Below are positions 1 through 12,126 of a stretch of DNA of 64,000 bases, piece by piece. The position numbers and the translations under genes were made by a program. The notes under the pieces were generated by a model that ran no database searches, had not been told where the DNA came from, and saw nothing but the letters and a program-made list of their open reading frames with translations. The stretch spans positions 49,500,329 to 49,564,328 of the forward strand of contig NC_092402.1 in the NCBI RefSeq assembly GCF_030028105.1. Reading direction: 5' to 3'. This DNA is from Mobula birostris. Taxonomy: Eukaryota. How positions within the stretch are numbered: the first letter of the stretch is position 1; each line of letters starts with the position of its first letter.

Positions 1-3000
1 ACTACATCTACTGCTCTACCTTCATCAATATGCTTAGCCACATCCTCAAAAAATTCAATCAGGCTCGTAAGGCATGACCTGTCTTTGACAAAGCTATGCT
101 GACTATTCCTGATCATATTACGCCTCTCCAAATGTTCTTAAATCCTGCCTCTCAGGATCTTCTCCATCAACTTACCAACCACTGAAGTAAGACTCACTGG
201 TCTTTAATTTCCTGGGCTATCTCTACTCCCTTTCTAGAATAATGGAACAACATCTGCAACCCTCCAATCCTCTGGAACCTCTCCCATCCCCATTGATGAT
301 GCAAAGATCGTTGCCAGAGGCTCAGCAATTTCCTCCCTCGCCTCCCACAGTAGCCTGGGGTACATCCTGTCTGGTCCCAGTGATTTATCCAACTTGATGC
401 TTTCCAAAAGCTCCAGCACATCCTCTTTATTAATGTCTATATGCTCAAGCTTTTCAGTTCGCTGTAAGTCATCCCTACAATCGCCAAGATCCTTTTCCGT
501 AGTGAATACTGAAGCAAAGTATTCATTATCTCCGCTATCTCCTCTGGTTCCGTACACACTCTTCCACTGTCACACTTGATTGGTCCTATTCTCTCACATC
601 TTATCCTCTTGCTCTTCACATACTTGTAGAATGCCTTGGGGTTTTCCTTAATCTTGTCCACCAAGGCCTTCTCATGGCCCCTTCTGGCTCTCCTAATTTC
701 TTTCTTTGTCAGTACCTCCAGTTGAACTCTGTCTTTTGGTGTGTTTCCCCCTAGCTGTCAGTCTGTGGTTTTGTATTTCCATGTGCTCCTGTCCCCACTC
801 CTACTCTACTCCAGCCCCTGTATTACTGAGTACTCCATCTCGCATCTGTTTCTCATTATTACCTGTGTCGCTGCCACCTGTGTCTCATTGTGCTCCACCT
901 ATCATCTGCCTCTCTGTATATTGCTCAGTATATTTCAGTCCTGTGTTTTCACCTGTTTGTTGCCAGATTGTGCCAGCGAATTTTCTTGAACCTTTCCAGC
1001 ATTTGTATCAGTACTCTGTCTGTCTGAATATTGACTCTGCCTGTTTCCCGATTCTGGTTTTTGGATTTCTCTGGATGTTTTGATCTCTGCCTGAACTTTG
1101 ATGCTGACTTTGTTTGCACCTTGGGATTTGTTACTCAATTAATATCACTGTGGGCACAGTACTGGGTCTGCGATTGGATCCCTGCTCCAGCATCCTGACA
1201 TTCTTAAGCTCCTTCCTGCTAGCCTTATAATCTTCTAGATCTCTATCATTATCTAGTTTTTTTTTAACCTTTTGTAAGCTTTTCTTTTCTTGACTAGACT
1301 TACAACAGCCTTTGTACACCACGGTTCCTCTACCCTACCATCCTTTCCCTGTCTCATTGGAATGTACCTATGCAGAACTCCACGCAAATATCCCCTGAAG
1401 AACTGTGGCAAATGTTCCATACATTTTCCTGAGAACATCTGTTCCCAATTTACACTTCCAAGTTCCTGCCTGATAGCCTCGTATTTCCCCTTACTCCAAT
1501 TACAATGCTTTCCTAACTTGTCTGTTCCTATCCCTCTCCAGTGTTATGGTAAAGGAGATAGAATTGTGATCACTATCTCCAAAATGCTCTCCCACTGAGA
1601 GATCTGACACCTGACCGGGTTCACTTCCCAATACCAGATCAAGTACAGCCTTTCCTCTTGTAAGCTTATCTACATATTGTGTCAAGAAACCTTCATGAAC
1701 ACACCTAACAATCTCCACGCCATCTAAACCCCTCGCTCTAGGGAGATGCCATTCGATATTCGGGAAATTAAAATCTCCCACCACGACAACCCTGTTATTA
1801 TTACACCTTTCCAGAATCTGTCTCCCTATCTGCTCCTTGATGTTCCTGTTACTATTGGGTGGCCTATATTTTTAAAAAAACACCCAGTAGAGTTATTGAC
1901 CCCTTCCTGTTTCTAACTTCCACACACAGAGACTCTGTAGACAATCCCTCCATAAGTTCCTCCTTTTCTGCAGCCCTGACATTATCTCTGATCAACAGTG
2001 CCACGCCCCCACCTCTTTTGCCTCCCTCCCTGTCCTTTCTGAAACATCTAAAGCCTGGCACCGAAGTAACTATTCCTGCCCCTGAGCCATCCAAGTCTCT
2101 GTAATGGCCACAACATCATAGCTCCAAGTACTGATCCACGTTCTAAGCTCATCTGCTTTGTTCATAATACTCCTTGCATTAAAATAGATACATTTCAAAC
2201 CATCAGTCTGAGCGCGTCCCTTCTCTATCACCTGCCTATCCTCCCTCTCGCACTGTCTCCAAGCTTTCCCTATCTGTGAGCCAACCTCCCTTTCCTCCGT
2301 CACTTCAGTTTGGTTCCCACCCCCTAGCCATTCTAGTTTAAACTCTCCCCAATAACCTTAGCAAACCCTCCCACCAGGATATTGGTCCCCCTGGGATTCA
2401 GGTGCAACCCGACGTTTTTGTACAGGTCACGCCTGCCCCAAAAGGGGCCCCAGTGATGCAGAAATCTGAATCCCTGCCCCCTGCTCCAATCCCTCAGCCA
2501 CGCATTTATCCTCCACCTCATTCTATTTCTATACTCACTGTCACGTGGCACAGGCAGTAATCCCGAGATGACTACCTTTGTGGTCCTGCTTCTCAACTTC
2601 CTTCCTAACTCCCTGTAGTCTGCTTTCAGGACCTCCTCCCTTTTCCTGCCCATGTCATCAGTACCATTATGTACCACAACCTCTGGCTGTTCTCCCTCCC
2701 ACTTCAGGATATCATGGACACGATCAGAAACACCCTGGCACCTGGGAGACAAACTACCATCTGTGTTTCTTTCCTGCGTCCACAGAATCATCTGTCTGCC
2801 CCCCTAACTATAGAATCCCCTATCACTGCTGCCATCCTCTTCCTTTCCCTTCTCTTCTGAGCCACAGGGCCAGACTCTGTGCCAGAGGTACGGTCACTGT
2901 TGCTTCCCCCAGGTAGGCCGTCTCCCCCAACAGTACTCAAACAAGAGTACATATTGTTAAGGGGAACAGCCACAGAGGTACTCTCTAGTATCTGACTCCT

Positions 3001-3330
3001 GCCCTTCCCTCTCATGACTGTTACCCACTCATCTGTCTCCCGATGCCCCGGTGTGACTACTTGCCTATAGCTCCTCTCTATCACCTCCTCACTTTCCCTG
3101 ACCAGACGAAGGTCATTGAGCTGCATCTCCAGTTCCCTAACGTGGTCCCTAAGGAGCTGCAGCTTGACACACCTGGCACAGATGTGGCTGTCCAGGAGGC
3201 TGGGAGTCTCCCAGACTTCCCACATCTGACGCTGAGCACAGAACACTAACCTCACACACATACTTCCTGTCTGTATTCTACACAGGCAACCTGGCTCGCC
3301 TTGACGCATTAACGCCCAAGCCCCATTGAG
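1..3330 (-). mobile_element. CR1 LINE (5' half): ORF1 with SGNH-esterase domain and ORF2 APE endonuclease/RT start, degraded
   Basis: ORF1 pieces AVIGDSIVRG...VVVHNGTDDMG...GLHLNPRGT (3309-2333). ORF2 pieces CIYFNARSIMNK, AITETW, VGDFNFP, DHNSI, PEDWRVADVVPLF. Confidence 0.92.
707..1200. mobile_element. Solo LTR nested in the CR1
   Basis: TGTCA...TGACA termini, 5-bp TSD TTCTT (702-706 / 1201-1205). CR1 sequence resumes on both sides. Confidence 0.85.
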
Positions 3331-3339
3331 CCAAAACCT

Positions 3340-4100
3340 GGTAACTTCCTCAAAAGAAACTCAAGATTGGTTAGATATGACCTACCGTATTATGCTAAAT
3401 GTTCTTAATCAGTCATGTCTATCCAAATACTTGTATCCGGTCCCTTTGAATACCTTCTAATAACTTTCCCACTACTGATGTCAGGCTCACTGGTCTGTAA
3501 TTTCCTTGTTTATTTTTAGATCCTTTCTTAAACAGCAGAACACCATTAGCTATTCTCCAATCCTCTGGCACCTCACTTGTCGCTAAGAATGTTTTAAATA
3601 TCTCTGCTAGGGCCCTTGAAATGTCTGGACTAGTCTTCCACAGGGTCTGAGAAAACACCTTGTCAGGCCCTGGGGATTAATCCACCCTGATTTGCCTCAG
3701 GGTAGCAAGCACCTCTTCTGTAATCTGTACAGAGTCCATAAAGTTGATGCTGCTTTGCCTCACTTCTATAGACTGTGTCCATTTCCTGAGGAAATGCAGA
3801 TGCACAAAATCCATTTAAGATCTCTCCCATCTCTTTTGTCTCCACGCATAGATTACCATTCTGATCTTCCAGAGGACCAACTGTCATCCTTTTGCTCTTA
3901 ACACATCTGTAGAATCCCTTTGGATTCTCCTTCACCTTGTCTGCTACAGCAACCTCATGCCTTCTTCTAGCCCTCCTGATTTTACTTGCATTTCTTGTAC
4001 TTCATAAGTACTTTATTTGTTCCTACATGCCTCGACCTGCTATGCATCACCTTCCCTACCCCCCAACCAGGGCTACAATTGAGGTTCCCTAAACCTGTTA
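3340..4100 (-). mobile_element. CR1 LINE ORF2 fragment
   Basis: KENPKGFYRCVKSKR and PEDWRIANGVLLFKKGSK...NYRPVSLTSVVGKLLE. Confidence 0.85.
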
Positions 4101-4597
4101 TCTTTACACAGTGATAGACATGGGTTGAACATTAGGACCTACATTCTCGGACCAGTTGTCTCATTACTGCTTGTGGTAGCTTGTTGTGCTAAAGTAGACA
4201 GCCTCATTTTCTGCATTACAGTAGTGACTCCTCTCAAAGTATTTCACTGACTATGAAGGACTATGGAATGTCCTGAGATTACGAAGGGAATCATTGAAAT
4301 GGTACCTTGTCTATCTTTCTTTAAAATTTAATTATTTTTCACGCAGAGCCCTCGGGGGAGAATTGAACGTGGAGAGAGTTTGTCTGTAGGTTGAAAACTC
4401 CAATATCTGTAAATCCTTTTTCCAGGAACAACACAAATCAAGTACTGTGCTGCCCACCAGAGGAAGCGGAAGCCTGTTGACGTACTCTGACTAATCAGAT
4501 AGAATTTTCCCTTCAGGGCAGAATGTGCATTCAATCATAATGCACTGTACTGCATTTACTTAGATTAATCAAAGGAAGACAGAACTTGTATTCATAA

Positions 4598-5083
4598 CAA
4601 CACACATCAAAGTTGCTGGTGAACGCAGCAGGCCAGGCAGCATCTCTAGGAAGAGGTACAGTCGACGTTTCAGGCCGAGACCCTTCGTCAGGACTAACTG
4701 AAGGAAGTGTTAGTAAGGGATTTGAAAGTTGGAGGAGGAGGAGGAGATCCAAAATGATAGGAGGAGACAGGAGGGGGAGGGATGGAGCCAAGAGCTGGAC
4801 AGGTGATAGGCAAAAGGGGATATGAGAGGATCATGGGACAGGAGGTCCGAGAAGAAAGACGGGGGGGGGGACCCAGAGGATGGGCAAGAGGTATATTCAG
4901 AGGGACAGAGGGAGAAAAAGGAGAGTGAGAGAAAGAATGTGTGTAAAAAATGAGTAACAGTCTCGGCCTGAAATGTCGACTGCACCTCTTCCTACAGATG
5001 CTGCCTGGCCTGCTGCGTTCACCAGCAACTTTGATGTGTGTTGCTTGAATTTCCAGCATCTGCAGAATTCCTGTTGTTTGTGT
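4598..5083. mobile_element. Penelope-like element terminal repeats in inverted arrangement
   Basis: 4598-4680 is the reverse complement of ~4962-5043. Same repeat as the end of the Penelope copy at 30365-31520. Confidence 0.75.
4660..4695 (-). ncRNA. Minimal type I hammerhead ribozyme motif (Penelope pLTR)
   Basis: Minus strand reads AGTC-CTGACGA-AGGGTCTCGGCCT-GAAA-CGTC-GACT: catalytic core CUGANGA/GAAA, stem II AGG/CCT, GUC cleavage triplet, stem I AGTC/GACT. Confidence 0.7.
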
Positions 5084-6934
5084 TCATAACACCTGTCCCA
5101 TCTTTGAATATTATCCAAGCAATCAGAAAATTTTGTGGTGCAGTCAAGTTCATTTAATTATCACTCAAACACACATGAACACAGGCAAATGAACAGTGCT
5201 CTTCCAAGGCTGAGGTGTAAAACACAGTACCAACAGCACACTGCACATAGCACACGTAGTCACAATTTCAGAAAATTACAGTCGCAAAGAACAAAAGATA
5301 TAATATAGCCCAAGTCCCTGAGTGGTGTGACTATAGAATTGATGGGAAGTTGTCCTGGTCCAGCTTGTTCTGCCACTGAGTGAACACTGAAGAGCAGCAC
5401 CAACGGGAGAGGCCAGACCCCGACCCAAGTACAGATTCCAGCGTATGGGCCCTGCCACACAGCCTTGGCATCTCCTCTCCCAGGCAGCCTAATCCTCACC
5501 AAAACCAAGGCAATGCAACTCGCTCACTGTCAGTTTTGCCAATGATCCAGTGAAGCGGACTTGCAGTATTCTACACTACCAATGTCCAACAGGCTCTTGC
5601 GATCATAATAAAAATATCCAAGACAATTACTCACACTGCGCACCATTCAACAGTACACAACAAGTCCAAGTGTATCGGCAAGTTGACGGTGCCTGGAGGT
5701 TTATGGCAGGGAGTTTCTCCCTTTTGCCGCCTGCTATCGGGGACTCGGGAGTCAATCGACCCAGGACTTTGAGACTTTTTTTTACTGTGCCCATGGTCTG
5801 TTCTTCATCAAATTATGGTATTGTTTTGCACTGCTGTAACTATATGTTATAATTATGTGCTTCTGTCAGTGTTAGTCTTTGGTCTGTCCTGTTTTCTGTG
5901 ATATCACTCCAGAGAAACATTGTATAATTTCTTTATGCATATATGCATTTCTAAATGACAATAAAAGAGGACCAAGTGTTCTCATAATCTAAAAAGTGAC
6001 AACCCACTAAGGGTATGCATTAAGTCTAGCTCCGTCTCTATCAGGCAACTCACTGATGGGGTAGTCCTGCAGTACTCGATGTTCTTAGTATCCAGCAATG
6101 ACTTGTGATGGTAAAAAAGGCACGCAAGACAAACAAATGCACCTTTGATTGGACCCAGAGTGGCCGTTGCAGCGAGTGCGCTGCCATCTTAGTGGAAGGA
6201 ATTGAGCAACTTAGACAAACACATCAGGCAATGTGCACCTAATGAAATTCTACAAGCTGCACAAAGGTTGTGTTTTTATAGAGCAACAAGCAATGTGCTG
6301 GAGTAATTCAGCATTTGTGGGAGGAAAGGAATTGTTGACATTTCGGATTGAAACCCTGCATTGGGACATCAGGAGTTTTATGGGCTTTTTGTGGAGAATT
6401 TTTGTCCTAGGCCTCTGGGACTCTGAGATCATTTGACACACCATCCAAAACTTGATCAGAATGGTTTCCAAGTGTCCAGTTACTTGTGTGTTCGGTTCAA
6501 CTCAGGGCATAACTTTCCCATGTGAACCTCAGTTGCTGATAGTTTCAGCTATTATGCATACTCAGTCAAATGTCCTGCCGGTACACATTGTCTGTACTCA
6601 CCCACAAAGAACTACATGGATGAGGTGGTGAAGAGGCTTTTAGAGTCCCGTGTTGATCACTGGACATTTTCTCTCCTGGTTTTAGCTGGGTTATTCAGTG
6701 ATCTACCTAAAGGTGCTCTGGCTGTTCCACATCTAGAGAATCAAATGTGGGGTTGGAGCACAGTCAGATTTTGGTGCAATTCCTGAATGACAGTTCCTCC
6801 TTTACTTAGTATGAACACCGTCTATTTCCTCTATTGCTTTTTGTTCCCCTTTACGTTTGATTGTTTCCACTATCTGACAAAACCCATTCTTAGTATCAGA
6901 CTGCTCTTTTCAGCCTCCTAGATCAAGAACAGAC

Positions 6935-8192
6935 ACTTGAATTTACTGAGATCTTTATTACACTTCTTATAAATTTGTCTTCTACAAACTTTTAAATATA
7001 AGCTTGAAAATGTTAGAAACAGTTATAATCATTAATACACTGTAACAAACGCTAGCAAGATTAAAGCTTGAAGCACATTGGTATTAAATAGTATAAATAT
7101 ATATCAAATATTTTGTTGAAAATAAATATCTAGATATTTTTACAGTACGTCAAGCTGTCCAATCTCATTTGTTAAACTGATGAGATGAAACAAGTACAAA
7201 GACTGTGTGAATATGAGAGCAAAACGTAGAACCAGAGCTCAAAGCAGAAATGTTTTCTTAATTTCTTGCTTAAAAGGCTTTATAATTAATTACCTTCTGG
7301 GATCACATAAATATGTTAAATGGGAAGTTAGAAAATGGTGGGTGAAATCAGATAAAAAATAATATTCTTATAAGACCATCAAGCAAAACAATCCAGAATT
7401 ATCATATCATTGAAATACTATTGATTTAGAAATATGAGATGTATTATAGTGTCACTGACATTCGTACTTGGGAAGGGCTATTCTGTTTCAACCAGACTTT
7501 AAAAAACACTGAAAAGAGCCTAATCAAAATATTCAGGTCTGAAATTATGGGGTCAAGAGAGGACGATTTGTGTGCATTTCAATTAACTGGCATTTCCCCA
7601 TCATATGAAAATATCAACTCAGTTTTGCAAGATAGATGTATGCACAAGTGCACACATGCATCAAAATGCAGAGGTTTAACATTTTTTTTTCTGAAAAAAA
7701 GTCAATGCTCAAGGTTTTCACATGCATTTGATTACTTTCCCCTTGCTCACAGGATGTTGGTATCAGTGGCAAGGTCAGAATTTACTGAGTTGCCTAAAAG
7801 AGCTGGCGGTTCTTGAATGATTTTCTAAGCAGGGAAGACTGATACAGGAATTAAGTCACATAAAAGCCTATCTTTTTCTTAAAGGGTACTAAGTGAACCA
7901 GTTGAGTTTTAACTAACAATTTCATGGTTTGCTTTGCTGAGATGTATTTTTTCCCAAAAAAATATGAATGCAAATGCCAGGATGTGAACTCCTAATCCAC
8001 TGGATTAATCAAATAGTAACCACTATACTGCCACATGCATTCAAGATGATTATTTATAAAGCAAATTATAATTTGGAAAATTTAGGTACCTTGTATTTCA
8101 AATATTTGTGTAGAAAAGGGACTGTTCAACACAAACTGGACATTGTCTATTTTTCAGGATGATTCCTGACCCACCTGGTGCCTTAACTATAC
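6935..8192 (-). promoter_or_regulatory. IL23A: IL23A 3' UTR with AU-rich elements and candidate polyA signal AATAAA (6959-6954)
   Basis: Cluster of ATTTA pentamers on the minus strand (plus-strand TAAAT near 6970, 6993, 7085, 7094, 7123, 7308, 7317), followed by AATAAA. The UTR end is inferred. Confidence 0.55.
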
Positions 8193-8396
8193 TCAATAGT
8201 TGCCTGTATTAAAATGATTCGAAGGGTTTCCTGTAGGATGTCCAAAGACACGGGCTACCAAAGATGAAAATGACTGAAATCTCCGCAAAGTAACAAACAT
8301 TGTGCAGTTCAATATCCAATCATTGATCTGGTGCACATCTGTGACATCGTTGTTGGTGACCTTGCTGTCCGTGGCATCAGTGCTGTTATCTGAGGT
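8193..8396 (-). CDS. IL23A: IL-23 p19 coding exon 4 (helix D, stop)
   Basis: Acceptor tttatgtttcag|. TSDNSTD...INDWILNCTMFVTLRRFQSFSSLVARVFGHPTGNPSNHFNTGNY* matches p19 [28 protein letters not shown]. The spliced ORF is 203 aa with no frameshift. Confidence 0.9.
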   Translation of the reverse strand, partial: TSDNSTDATDSKVTNNDVTDVHQINDWILNCTMFVTLRRFQSFSSLVARVFGHPTGNPSNHFNTGNY

Positions 8397-9955
8397 CTGA
8401 AACATAAACGTATCAACCATTAACCAGGTCACAAAATTGCCCTTCTAATACAGCAGCTTGATGTCTCACATATTGTATTCATTTTTCAAAGTAAGGGTGT
8501 TGCGGACATTCATTGCCCATCACCAGTTGCTCTTGAGAAGATGGTTGTAAGGATATCTTCTTGATTAACTGCAGCCCTTGTGGTGAAGGTGCATCCCCAA
8601 CGTACCATTCAAGAGGACTGCTTTGTCCTCAATGATCTTGAGCATTTTGTTGGTGCTGTACCTATCCTGGTGCGTTCCTTCACACTCCTTCCTGACTTGT
8701 ACCTTATGGATGGTCAGAGGTTCTGGGGTGCCAGAAGGCAAATCACTCACCACGTGAGCTGGATATTTACCTAGCTGGTCCAACTAAGTTTCTGTTCAAT
8801 GGTGATCCCAGGATGTTGATAATGAGAGGCTCAACAATGGTGATGCCTTGTAACATCATGGGTAGGTGGTTTAACTCTCTTTTGTTGGAGATGGTCATTG
8901 CCTGGCACTTTTGTAGTGAAAGTGTTATTTCTACTTCTCACCTCAGACCTGAATGTTGTCTAGGTATTACCGCATAATATGAACAGACTGATTAATTTTA
9001 TAATATTCCATTGTATTCACAACCCGGACAATCATCAGTAAGCATTCCTACTTCTGACCTTGTAATGAAAGAAAGCACATTGATGAAACAGATAAAAATG
9101 GTTGGGTTGAGAAACCCCTGTAGCACTGACCCAGGACTGAGATGACTGGAAGCTGGAAGGTGCAATGGGTTAATGCATCTCTGGAAATTGATTTTAAATC
9201 TAATGCATAAGTCACAGCATAAAAATCAATCCAAAAACACTGACATTGCAAATCGTTCCTTTTCGCATGCAACCCTCTTAACCCTCTGGTTCACAGCAAC
9301 ACATCAAGCAAACATGAAACATTTGTGGGTGGAGTATATACAAAAATACTTTATATACTGAAATATAGTATAAACGGTTGGTTCAACTAGACACAAGCTA
9401 GTTTTCAATTTCCATATTGTTCAGGGTTTATGAAGATCCATTTTGAAACAATGTTCCTTCATACATCCATTTTTCCCATCAAGGTACAATATGTTAACAA
9501 AGGTAAGACCTCATGACATATTTTTCCTGATTCCTTTAAGAACAGTCCGTTCCTTTAACAAGTTATGACTGTTTACTCCAAAGCTGCATCCCTTAAATAA
9601 GACTACTTGGTCCAACTGGTTTCATGCTGTTGCAGGAAGGTTTTATTAGCTTTCTATAATTAATGTTTCCCTTTATCTATGTTTATTTCCACAGCTGCTA
9701 AAGTTGGATCTTTATCACCCACAGCTGCCTTCGTGGCACTTACTTCGTTGCTTGTGAATCTTCCAGCACAAAAGCAATACACAAACCAGGCATCCTGATT
9801 AGCTTTGAAAATCTGTTGCTCTAAGCTATTAAAAAAAAGTTCATTTATTAAGCATCACTCCCCAGATGATTGACTCTACTCTATTGACCAATCCTTCAAG
9901 CCTTGCAAAGTACCATCCCATCTCCAAACTTCTTATTTGTACAACTATGTATTAC

Positions 9956-10108
9956 CTTGATTGTCTTGAGAAGATCCAAGATCATTTTTGAAAGATTATC
10001 TGCAAATGTCCAAACATCGCTGCCATGTTTTGACACACTCACTTTTACCAGTTGGTTAAACTGATTGTGATAGTATAACAAGCCTTCCTTAATTTTCTTC
10101 AGGCATGT
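9956..10108 (-). CDS. IL23A: IL-23 p19 coding exon 3 (helices B-C)
   Basis: Acceptor ctcttccag|, donor AAG|GTAATA, 153 nt. TCLKKIKEGLLYYHNQFNQLV...KMILDLLKTIK matches p19 FCLQRIHQGLIFYEKLL (IL-6/IL-12 family CLxxIxxGLxxY signature). Confidence 0.9.
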
Positions 10109-11029
10109 CTGGAAGAGTCCAAAGGGATATTACCATAAGTAAAACCAATGTATGCAGTGTTTACCTGTGTCCATGTTAATATCCAGTCCCATTTAGGTTG
10201 CTACAATTCAGTGCTTTGCGTCCTGGTCTTCAACGTAATTGGCATCCCTCGTGTTGTGTCTGATGATTGGCAGCACTGGGGTAAAATAATATCTCTGGCC
10301 AAAACCACCATAAAACCAGAAAGACCTTTTAGTCATGCTAGGGTCAGATTTATAAGCCCCATGAACTCTCTGACAGCTCTCAGGTGTGTGTGGTTAGGCA
10401 GTGAGCAATGCTAGACTATGGTTTGGTGGACAATATCGCAGCCATATTGAAACCCATTCTCACCCAAGATCAAAGTACTCTTCACCAAGGCCCCTGAATA
10501 ACAATAGGGTGTGTTTTTCAGTCCAAGAGCATTGTATCAAATAACATGACAGCCAATTGTGGTCATTCTCAAGACATGAACAATGCCTGTTTTTAATTTC
10601 TCTGAATAACCAAGTGTGAGCTGTCTACTTGCATCTCTGATAGTGGACTGGTTTAACTCAGCAGGCCACCTTCAGAGAGCAGTTAGGTACTAGGATGAAC
10701 ATGGACTGAGGCAGAGGAATTCTTCACCTGTTGAAATCCACACAGTGGGGCCATATGCAGAGTATTACTGCAGGTATTTCTGTAAACATGGGGTGCCCAT
10801 GCATGTGAAGTACAACCCCTCCAGAGGCCAGACAAAGAAATATTGAAGGTCAGCAAAATCAGGAAATGCCTATAAAAGTCTACAAGTTTAATGCAGTGCT
10901 ACATGGTGAGAAGGTTACACACTGGTCCAAAGGAAAGAAAAGCATTTCAGAGCACTGGAGAAGGGGAGGGAAAATGGGACTAAAACTCACTGGGTTAGTA
11001 GGATAATTACATTGAATATACAAGTTCAG

Positions 11030-11760
11030 CCCATCACTTCCAGTACCATCTGCCTGAACATGGGCTATATCCCTCTAATCCTTGCCTCTTCATGTCTCAA
11101 TGCCTCTTAAATGTTGCTGATATTTGGTACTACCACCTCTCCAGCACCTACCACCTCCTGTGTTTCATAAAAAAGCTTGCCTCATAAATCTCCTTTAAAC
11201 ATTCCCCCTCATCTTCAACCTATGTCCTCCCATATTTGACATTTCCACCCTAGAAAAAGACTTTATTTATCCTATCTAATAATGTTATGTGCTTCTCTCA
11301 TTATTTTGTATACTTCTGAGGTTGCCTCTCAGCCTCCGATGTTCCTGAGAAAACAATTGAAGTTTGCAAGCAATCTCTCTTTATAGCAAATACATTCCAA
11401 GCAATATCCTGGTGAATTTCTTCTAGACACTCTCCAAAGCCTCCACATCCTTCCTACAGCGTGGAGACCAGAACGGGAGACAATACTCTAAAATGTAGCC
11501 TGATTAAAGTTTTATACAGATTTAACTTTCTTCCTGGTTTATACTCAGTACCCTCGCCAAAGAAGGAAAGCATGCTATACACTTCCTTTACCACCCGATC
11601 CAGTTATGTCGCCACTCTCAGCGAGGAATGGACTTGCACCTCTGTATGTCAGTGCTCTTCAGGGTTTTGCTATTTTCTGTCCATTCTTATACTGGACCTC
11701 CAAACGTGCATCAACTCACACTTGTCTTTATTAAATTCCATCTGCCATTTCTCCTTCTAA
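11030..11760 (-). mobile_element. Degraded CR1 LINE 3' fragment in IL23A intron 2
   Basis: Resembles the reverse complement of CR1 RT C-terminal sequence seen in other copies (44482-45420). Confidence 0.7.
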
Positions 11761-12024
11761 ATGTCCAACTGACCGCTTCCGAGGGCGACCAGAGCAACCA
11801 GAGCAACCTAGGGTGTAATGGGACTGGAGTCATATCTAAGCCTAGACTAGCTAAGGACGTCAGGTGGATTTTTCAACCATTCGACGTGGTCGCGGTCACT
11901 TATATGGATTTTAACTTGTCTTTAAAAATAATCATTTATACCACAGAGGCATTTGGTCACAATTTCTGTCATGATTCCAGGAACGTAACCAATCCACCGC
12001 TTTACCCTGCCAGCTGAAGCTTAC

Positions 12025-12126
12025 CTCCGGTAAGGTCTTGAGCGTGTCGGGGTCACAGTTGTCACTGACTTCTATGCGTGGAATATTTTCACTGCCATTC
12101 AGCTGAAGATTTTCCAAGCAACCCTC
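12025..12126 (-). CDS. IL23A: IL-23 p19 coding exon 2 (AB loop)
   Basis: Acceptor tttcttttttccggcag|, donor GAG|GTAAGC, 102 nt. EGCLENLQLNGSENIPRIEVSDNCDPDTLKTLPE matches the p19 motif VPHIQCGDGCDPQGL. Confidence 0.9.
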
